Source: Octopus bimaculoides (taxonomy: Eukaryota). Taken from it: 64,000 nucleotides of DNA. The stretch spans positions 37,844,355 to 37,908,354 of the forward strand of contig NC_068981.1 of assembly GCF_001194135.2 (NCBI RefSeq). The letters are read 5' to 3'. This document shows positions 62,755 through 64,000 of this stretch, in pieces. The first letter of the stretch is position 1, and each line of letters begins with the position of its first letter. The notes beneath the pieces were generated by a model that did no database searches, had not been told where the DNA came from, and saw only the letters and a program-made list of their open reading frames with translations. A program made the translations under genes and the position numbers.

Positions 62755-63054
62755 AATGGATGCGTGGTGTTTAATCAAATGACAATATAAATAATATATA
62801 TATTTACACATATGCATATATTGCTACAGGACGTTACCAACCATAAACAACATGAAATATGAAAACAAATGAGTTCAATGTGCAAACAATGAGAAAAGCA
62901 AATGGAAAACAGGAGAAGTAACACAAAGAACGACCCTTCATCAGTTGTTGGCTATATTGTTATATAGTAGAAGTGTACAGATTTTATATATTTAAGAAAA
63001 GAAGGTAGTCAGAATTTGAGATAATTATTTATTTAGCATTTTATTTTTCTCCAG

Positions 63055-63081
63055 AGATTCATCAGAAATGATCACTTTACA
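63055..63081 (+). CDS. Candidate 27-nt symmetric microexon
   Basis: ttttatttttctccag|AGATTC...TTTACA|gtaaat; frames RFIRNDHFT or DSSEMITL. Confidence 0.15.
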
Positions 63082-63337
63082 GTAAATCTATGACTTTTAT
63101 ATATTTGTGAGTTAGATGAAAAGATCTGGAGTTGGGTTGGGAAGAGAATGTTCTTTGTTTTTTGAATCTATATACATGTGTATTTGTATGTGTGTGGGGA
63201 AATTTTGGAGGCTTGATTAAAGGGAATAAAAGGTTAAAAAGAGAGAAGATGAAACAAAAATGTAAGTAGGAATGAAAGAGACAGACAAAGTGGTCCTTTT
63301 ATGAGATGGTTGAAATTGCATTGTATTTTTCTGTCAG

Positions 63338-63415
63338 ATGTCATGTTACCTAGCTGAAGAAAGGGACCTTTTTCTGAGACGCCTGAAATTGATGACAGCT
63401 CAAGAGGACTATTAG
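63338..63415 (+). CDS. Candidate terminal exon (MSCYLAEERDLFLRRLKLMTAQEDY*)
   Basis: Acceptor gcattgtatttttctgtcag; the only frame open for more than about 6 codons. No homology recognised. Confidence 0.18.
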   Translation: MSCYLAEERDLFLRRLKLMTAQEDY

Positions 63416-64000
63416 CCATTGTATTTTTTGTCAGTTGTCATGGTATCCAGCTGTAGAAAATAGACGCTATCATATTTCTTTCAGAAGGTTATTAAATGTA
63501 TATGTATGTGAGTGTGTGTGTTTATGCATATGTGTGTAAGAAAGTGTGTGTGATGTGTGTTGGCTGTTTAAGAGAATTTTTCCGGTTATTTTAGTAACAG
63601 GGATGAGAAAATTTAAATAAGGATTTCTTATGTGTTCATAAATATTTTTTTCTTTTGTTAGGCAGAAGTTTTTTAATAAATCTTATTGCCTTCCAGTACT
63701 TTGGGTCAACCATTGGGCATTTGTAGAAGTTAAAGATCTTGAATCTGCTCTTTCCAAATATTTTCAGATGCTCTAACCAAGCCTCCAAAAACTTTACCAT
63801 ACACACACTCACTCACACATACACATACTCACACTCACACACATATGCACATACACTCAAACACACACACATGTCATTCCTGATGAGTCTCTGAAATGAA
63901 ATGAAAGCACTAAATAAATAATTATCCAAAATTACTGGAAAAGAAAAGAAAGAGAAGGAATGATGACATCTTGAATATTTTATAATCATAAGTCTATATC

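Noticed and set aside
62820-62960. Minus-strand CTGATGAAGGG in a repeat-like segment
   Set aside because: No downstream stem II or GAAAC; cannot be called a ribozyme.
63878-63910. CTGATGAGTC...GAAA hammerhead-like string
   Set aside because: No stem II or stem III pairing and no cleavage triplet in place.

Overview
This is AT-rich, microsatellite-saturated eukaryotic genomic DNA with about 13 N-gaps. The repeat landscape looks like a coleoid cephalopod, probably Octopus (inference from recalled repeat families, not verified). I recognise no host protein-coding gene. Nearly all listed ORFs are microsatellite or N-gap artefacts, or decayed transposon ORFs; a few splice-flanked exon candidates are given at low confidence. 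The window holds many 3' fragments of an RTE-clade LINE (one with a 6 x 66-bp array in its 3' UTR), four fragments of RLE-type (R4/Dong/NeSL-like) LINEs, tRNA-derived SINEs, a deleted mariner plus a mariner-type MITE, a CR1-like fragment, a Penelope-like ORF remnant and several foldback elements. The most striking item is a 159-bp-arm near-perfect foldback insertion (43413-43782) with a 12-bp target-site duplication. Its 52-nt loop is almost entirely a minimal type I hammerhead-ribozyme motif. Four further hammerhead-like motifs occur in the window, two of them just downstream of the ORF end of the same RLE-LINE family.
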